Positions 57,250 through 64,000 of a stretch of 64,000 bases of DNA are shown one piece after another. Both the position numbers and the translations under genes were made by a program. Positions within the stretch are counted from its first letter, which is position 1, and the number at the start of each line of letters is the position of its first letter. The stretch is from contig OX597822.1 in the NCBI GenBank assembly GCA_951406725.2, positions 113,026,001 to 113,090,000 on the forward strand, read 5' to 3'. Source of the DNA: Octopus vulgaris. Lineage: Eukaryota. The notes below the pieces were generated by a model that searched no databases, had not been told where the DNA came from, and worked only from the letters and a program-made list of their open reading frames with translations.

Positions 57250-57900
57250 CGGTCCAAAGCTAGAACTAAGAAACAATAAATATCATATTCCATAGAGGAT
57301 ATCTTTATTGATAACTTCCAGCTTAGCTCCGTTCCATTTTCTTAAAATTACCACTTCTTCAGCTTCTAAAATATTTCAAGTACTACACTCCCGCGAGACT
57401 CCTTTCAATTGACTCTGTTCACTTCATGTTTTATGTTTGATAATTCACAGAGAACCTTAACTTCAAAAACACATATTCTTTTATTTGTAGAATCGTCAGC
57501 TGGAAATAATTTCTTTTTCAGAATGGGATATTAGCATTATTTCTAGATTGATCAAGAGCTATCGTCAGTTCATAATCTCCACTTCTTTCTTTTCATTTAT
57601 TCATTTATTTATTTAAGATGATTGTTCTGGGTAAATATCCAACATAGAAATGTTGTGCTGAATGAGAATCTTCTGCCAAATACGTTAGTGTTTTCTTCAG
57701 AGCTTCCAAGTTTCTGTAGAATATGACCAATTTTTAGCAGGAACTCTAGATAGACAAAGTAAAAACTATTTTCAGCTTTCTTTTATTCCCTTCGAGACAG
57801 AACTCATTTGATCAACTTTCACAGAGAATTGTCTTCAGCGAATTGCTAGTGCTAAATTGCCCGTGGTATTATTAGATGTTTACCTCTGATGAATTCGGGT
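57250..57900 (-). pseudogene. Very old LINE RT remnant
   Basis: Fragments EGNKKKAEN(S), LINLEN, KGVSR in RT motif order; weak. Confidence 0.3.
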
Positions 57901-58344
57901 ACGTTAGGATGTCATCCTAAGACTGAGGTAGATCTTAAATGCCACCCGATAAGAGTCCGAGTGTCATAGAAATGTGACAGCAAAGAATAATTATTGTAAG
58001 GGTTAAATAAGTAGGTCAAACATACACAAACACACACATACACACATATACACGTACGCGCAGGCACGAATGAATATGAATATGTGTGTGTAGTGTGTTT
58101 ATGTGTGTAGATATGAATAAATGTTATGCTTATGATCTACTTATACAAATGTGTGCGTATGCGTGTGTGTCTGTGTGTGTGTAGTTGCACATATGTCCTC
58201 ATACAAATATGCAACCACATATTTGCTTGTTTATTTGCGTGTGCAATATACAATCAAGTGTGAACAGGCACATGCAAGTGCAAAGAAAATTGACATGTAC
58301 ACGCACACAGACACACAGACACGTGCACGCATGTATATGATTGT

Positions 58345-58393
<49 letters not shown>

Positions 58394-58491
58394 TTAAAAA
58401 CGATACAAAAATATAGATTAAAAAGAGACAGAGGTGAGGAAAGAACAAACATGATGCATTAATTTGACACTCATGAAAAAATGGACGAAAT

Positions 58492-58527
58492 CTTTGACGT
58501 TTCGACCCTGCGCACTTCTTCAGAAAG
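58492..58527 (-). ncRNA. Family H hammerhead motif (core intact, helix II eroded) in element ~58393-58570
   Basis: CTTT-CTGAAGA-A-GTGC-GCAG-GGTC-GAAA-CGT-C-AAAG. Confidence 0.55.
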
Positions 58528-58969
58528 GAATAAGGAGAGAAAACAGATGGAGAAAGAAAATTGTAGAATCGTTAAGGTTTTATAAACCCATATGAATATA
58601 TAAAAACCGTTTAAATCTTCTGACCAAACCAACACTAAAAGTGACATTTCTAAGAAGCTATTAAATGAAATATTCAGCCAAGCGGTTGGTAAATTTAATC
58701 CGTTTCCAGATCTAACAATACCACTTGGCCCTTGAATTCTTTTAGTGAAGTTTTATGAGTTGGAAGCATTCAGATTGTATATTTTCTTAAGAATGGGTTC
58801 CTGCCTTCTCATTAGGGGAGAAAAATGGGCCTTTGTACTGCCTTTCCCTTTGGGGTAAAAACGAATGAAGTATCCTCAAAAGTTCATGTTACATTTGAAA
58901 ATCACTTCACACCTGCCGTCTGTTGGCTGATCAGTCCGAAAGTTTCTATGAATGATGCTTATTCTTCAC

Positions 58970-59012
<43 letters not shown>

Positions 59013-59182
59013 GAAGTGCCGGATCTTTGTATTCAGCAGATAAAAAAAGATACCAGAAACGAAACTGTTTACTGCTGATTTTCATAGAATTTACAACTCG
59101 AAATCATGCGTCTGACCATTGTATTGTTTCGCTTTAATTCATACATACATCCACACTCACACACACACAATCACACAGACAC

Positions 59183-59265
<83 letters not shown>

Positions 59266-59907
59266 TGTGTGTATATATATGTGTGTGTGTGTGCGTGTGT
59301 GTGTATATATATATGAGTGTATGTATGAAAGTATATAATCGTTATATGTTAATTTTAAATCCCTACAAACGCACACAGACACGGTGTGAATATATGTGTG
59401 TATATATAAGTATGTTTGCATTTTAATCCAAAGAATAAAAAGGTTCTTCATGCAATAAAAAAAAAACTCAATAAATATTAAAATCAGAGTAAAAATCCTA
59501 CATTTTCCATGAAGACCTAATTATTTGCCATCGATTCGGGTCTAATGCTTCCCGTAGATATTAATGACTTACGAACTAACAGTTTCATTATCCATACATG
59601 CGGATGAAAGAGAGAAAACTCCCAAAATATAGCAGATACAGCTCTTACCATTTTTCCATTTTCCCATCGCTACAAAATTCAGCGCTGGCTTATAATTTCT
59701 ATAGAATGTCTGTTGAGATAACCTTAACAAGGGATGTAAAGCGCACTGCTAACACAGCAGAACACGGCGTTGACAAATAAAAATGTTTAATATACCATAA
59801 ATCCTCGAATATAATCCGTCCTTGACTATAATACGCAGAGGATTTTTAGAGGTCTGTACCTCTGAAAAACCTAAACCTTGTGTATGATACGCACCCCTTC
59901 TCTAACT

Positions 59908-60132
59908 TGCTGGAGCACCGCCTTTAGAGCACCGCCTTTAGTCGAGCAACTCGACCCCGGGACTTATTCTTTTGTAAGCCCAATATTTATTCTATCCGTC
60001 TCTTTTGCCAAACCGTTAAGTGACGGGGACATAAACACACCAGCATCGGTTGTCAAGCAATGCTAGGGGGACAAACACTGACACACAATCACACAGACAC
60101 ACACACACACACACACACACATACACACATAC

Positions 60133-60170
<38 letters not shown>

Positions 60171-60174
60171 ATAC

Positions 60175-60219
<45 letters not shown>

Positions 60220-60225
60220 CATACA

Positions 60226-60259
<34 letters not shown>

Positions 60260-60340
60260 CGACGAGCTTCTTTGAGTTTCCGTCCACCAAATCCACTCAC
60301 AAGGCTGTGGTCAGTTACCACACTGCCACTCCTGCGCCTA
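59908..60340 (-). mobile_element. Family A SINE with internal deletion in the head
   Basis: Body matches; head collapsed at ~60310. Confidence 0.85.
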
Positions 60341-61170
60341 TCTGTTCAGATAACCTTAACAAATGAATTCCCTTAGAGGCACAGTAGTTCCCGAATAAAG
60401 CCGTTAGACTTGAAACATTGGCACCTATATAGTGTTTTATGCAAAATATACACACCCACCCAGACACACTCGCACTAGCATGCACGAGTCACGCACACAC
60501 ACACACACACATACACATACACACACATACACACACATACACACACTTCAATAATTAATGGTGTACATAGATTTACACGCAGGCAAAGCGAATGAGTGAA
60601 TTTTCATCTGTTCACAGCAAAAAAACATTAATATTTTCTTTGAAGTTTGTAGTTTAATATATTTCATATACATGGTTCTCCCTGTTGTGAGGCCCCGCAT
60701 TCAGGATGGACGGACTAGTATTTCACCATCGACATTCGATCTTAAGTACTTCATCTCAAGTTGAACACCACTATTCAAACTTTGGAGTCATGCAGGTCTG
60801 ACATGATATACCGGCAAGCAGATACCTACACCACACCTAAATATAACTTCTGTAACAAGGTTTCATCATCCATTTTTAACCATATCCAATGGCTGGCCGT
60901 TACACCTGTTGACTGGATTTCTTTTAAGATGGCGTGAAGTTGACGATGCACCACACTGGTGCATAGCAGCGATCCACGTAAGCATGATTTCGATAAAAGC
61001 CCTCACAGAAAGCGTACTGCACTCCAACCAGCGTCTTTACAGACTTCCTGTAGCATCCCATAACGTCGTATTTCCTATGAATATATACGTGTGTGTGTGT
61101 GTGTGTGTACTACACATTTGTTCTCTTACCGTTTTTTTTTTCATTCACTCTCCTTTTTCCCTCTCAATCC

Positions 61171-61204
61171 TTTCTGACGAAGAGCGTAGGCTCGAAGCAT
61201 CAAA
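61171..61204 (+). ncRNA. Family H hammerhead relic in element ~61110-61230
   Basis: TTT-CTGACGA-A-GAGC-GTAG-GCTC-GAAG-CAT-C-AAA; GAAA and helix III mutated. Confidence 0.5.
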
Positions 61205-61308
61205 TTCTTCCATTCTTACCGAGGCACATATACGTATGTATATGTACATACAAATACATATGCACATACACATAAACATACATACATATACTCACACAAA
61301 TACGTATG

Positions 61309-61382
<74 letters not shown>

Positions 61383-61528
61383 CGTGTGTCTCTAATTTAA
61401 TATAATATATATATATATGTATGTATATATATATCCACGTATATCTGCATTTATCTGTATATATAAATGCATTTGTATACGTGTGTGTATGCGTGTGTGC
61501 GTGCGTGCCACTGAGTGTGTGCATGTGT

Positions 61529-61572
<44 letters not shown>

Positions 61573-61689
61573 ATGTCTCTGGCAAGATCGCATGTGGGCA
61601 ACAAAGCCTGCTCTTGGTCTGCAGCAGCGACGACCTCAGTTGCGGGTGAATTTACTTGCGTCAACGTAAAAGTAGATTTTTAACTTGAA

Positions 61690-63195
61690 TACTCTTTCGT
61701 ATTCCCTCTGTTGTTTCTCTCCAATGGCTAGAATTACGAGTTTCGGTGATCGGTACCATTTATTGCACCGCTGGCCCTTCTGCTCCAGGTGTCTGGGGTG
61801 ACGACAGAGTTCTTCATATGTCTCTGCAGCACACCTTTATATCGCAACGTTTGGCCACCAAGGCTCATCTTGTCCCTGACGCAGTTCAGCGTTGAAAAGG
61901 GCCTTTGAGAGCCTGTCGCCCTCTATTGTGAAAACATTTTCTCTCTCGGTGCAGCTTCGATGAGGTAATTAGGACCTCCACACTAACTGCAGCGCCAGTG
62001 CGAAGCAGGACCTCTATTACAGAAATTCGAACCCGCCATCTAATATACGAGACGGAGCGCAGATCACGAACCTGGACTCGCGCCAGGCCCTTGCTGTGAA
62101 GGTGGTAGAAAGTAATGTATTTCGTGGCGTAGATAATGCAAGGGAATACCACAGCACTGCATACCTTTATCTTTCTGCTGCAGGTAATGTCATGGCGGCT
62201 GCATAGAATCTTCCCGAGAGAGCCAAAAGCTTCTCTAGCAGACTGTATTCGCCTCTCAACTTTAAGATCACAAGAGTTAGTGCAAGTCACTGAGCTGCCG
62301 CGATATGTAAAGGCTACGGTGTACTTTGTAGGCTCTCTGTGTTGTATCACAAGCTTGTGTTCTCTCGATCTATAAGAAAGGCTTGGTGAGGGCAGGTAAA
62401 ACAGCTCAGTCTTCGAAGTGCAAACCTTGAGACCAAACATGTCTACTGCCCAAAGAAACCGTTCCACAATGTCTTGTATGTCCTCAGTGTTGCTGGCCAT
62501 GAGTGCTGAGTCATCTACGTAGAGCAGCTCCCTAACACAGAGGAGATGGTACCAAGACGGGTCGAGTTGAAAAGTTTCCCGTCTGTTCTTGGGTGTATGA
62601 AAACTCCCTGGTGCAGATTGACCCTCATGGTGTCAAGAACAGCGGCTAGGTAAAGAGAAGAGTGCAGGGACATACACGCACCTCTGCATCCCGCCATGGT
62701 TTAATACAAACGTTTCACCAAATTCTCCACCAATGATACTAGTCCTTTCATTCCTGTGTGGAAGGACATCCACAAGTCTTTGGCTCCTCCAAAGAGTTTC
62801 TCGGCCTACCATGTCATATGCCAAGGAAAAGTCCACAAACACCACCAAGCGGGATTGGTGTAGCTCCGCTATTTTCTCCTATAGTTGTCATAGTGAGAAT
62901 ATCATGTCAGTAGTTGATCTCCCTGGCATAGACACACATTGACTCTCTGGTAAGACTTGCTCTGAGATATTTTTTAGCCGATTGCGAACGATTTTCACGA
63001 ACACCTTGCCAGCAATGGCGAACAGAAAAATGCAACCGTGGTTCCCACATTCTACTCGATCCCTCCGCTTTTGTAAACTGTGACTATCACAGCGTCCTTG
63101 AGATCTTGAGGTACACACTCATTAGAAAGACAAGCTCATTGCAGAGTTTTTGTTCACTTTTCTTGAGCATGTCTGAGGAATACCATCGACGAGTG
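61690..63195 (-). mobile_element. Decayed RTE-clade LINE (RT and C-terminal region)
   Basis: CGNHGCIFLFAIAGKVF, LPESQC, GRSTTDMIF, FVDFSLAYDMV, GGMQRC, LLYVDD, FGLKVCTSKTE, VERRIQSA. Confidence 0.9.
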
Positions 63196-63286
63196 GTACT
63201 TTGCAACTTACAGTGGCTTCAAGAACACTCATCGTTGGCAATTTCTTTCCTCCATCTTCCCTTTCTTGGATCTTTCCTTTTCCTAT

Positions 63287-63321
63287 GTTTCTGACGAAGA
63301 GCTCCGCTCGAAACGTTAAAT
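63287..63321 (+). ncRNA. Minimal hammerhead with intact core (family H) in Penelope-like terminus ~63200-63423
   Basis: GTTT-CTGACGA(63291)-A-GAGC-TCC-GCTC-GAAA(63310)-CGT-T-AAAT; palindromic helix III ACGT. Confidence 0.78.
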
Positions 63322-64000
63322 CCTCCTTCTTTCTTTCTTTTCCTGAGCGTCCAATAACACTATACTTGTTCCACGTACTCGCGTTGTTGTGTTTTCTCTT
63401 TGTGTTTTCATGTTTGGATTAACTATGTATGTATGTATGTATGTATGTATGTATGTATGTATGTATGTATGTATGTTTTATGTATGTATGTATGTATGTA
63501 TGTACGTACTAACGTATGTATGTATGCATATCATACATAATAGTTTTATATAGGTGTGCCTATGTCGCATGTGTGCGTGTGTGTCTGTTGCTGAATCGGC
63601 AAGTTCAGGGGATGTAAACAAACCAACAGCACTTGTCAAGCTGTGCTGGCTTAGCACAACAGACAAAAACACACACACACAGACACACATACATATATAT
63701 ATATATATGTATGTATGTATATTTATATATATACATACCTATTTGTATACACACGCACATACATATATACATACAGGCATGCATACATACGTACGTACAT
63801 ACATACATACATACATACATACATGCATACATACATAATACATAAACATACATACATGCAGGCATACATACATACATACGTACATACATACATACATACA
63901 TACATACATACATACATACATAAATACATACATACATACATACATACATACATACATACATACATACATACATACATACATACATACATACATACATACA

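Noticed and set aside
57886-57980. CTGATGA followed by small hairpins (TTAGGATG/CATCCTAA)
   Set aside because: No helix II closing onto GAAA and no helix I/III pairing.

Overview
AT-rich, microsatellite-saturated animal genomic DNA, not a prokaryote. The tRNA-derived SINE families and dense (TA)n/(CA)n/(TACA)n/(GATA)n tracts look like an Octopus (coleoid cephalopod) genome; this is inferred from sequence recognition, not a search. Almost all ORF-track entries are microsatellite or SINE artefacts. One probable host gene starts at 504 on the minus strand and runs off the left edge, with a candidate E-box-rich promoter near 1260-1345. The rest is mobile DNA: three or four SINE families, decayed CR1-group, RTE, R4/Dong-like and Jockey-like LINEs, a Gypsy integrase fragment, Tc1/mariner derivatives, non-autonomous Helitrons and a 1.8-kb tandem duplication. 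The most striking unexplained structure is a set of about 12 short elements, mostly embedded in or abutting microsatellites and from about 8 unrelated sequence families. Each carries a type I hammerhead ribozyme fold (helix I - CUGANGA - helix II - GAAA - mostly palindromic helix III - UH - helix I), and several sit inside long inverted repeats or perfect palindromes. These look like non-coding Penelope-like/retrozyme-like retroelement termini. Folds were read by eye and activity is untested. SINE and LINE boundaries are approximate.
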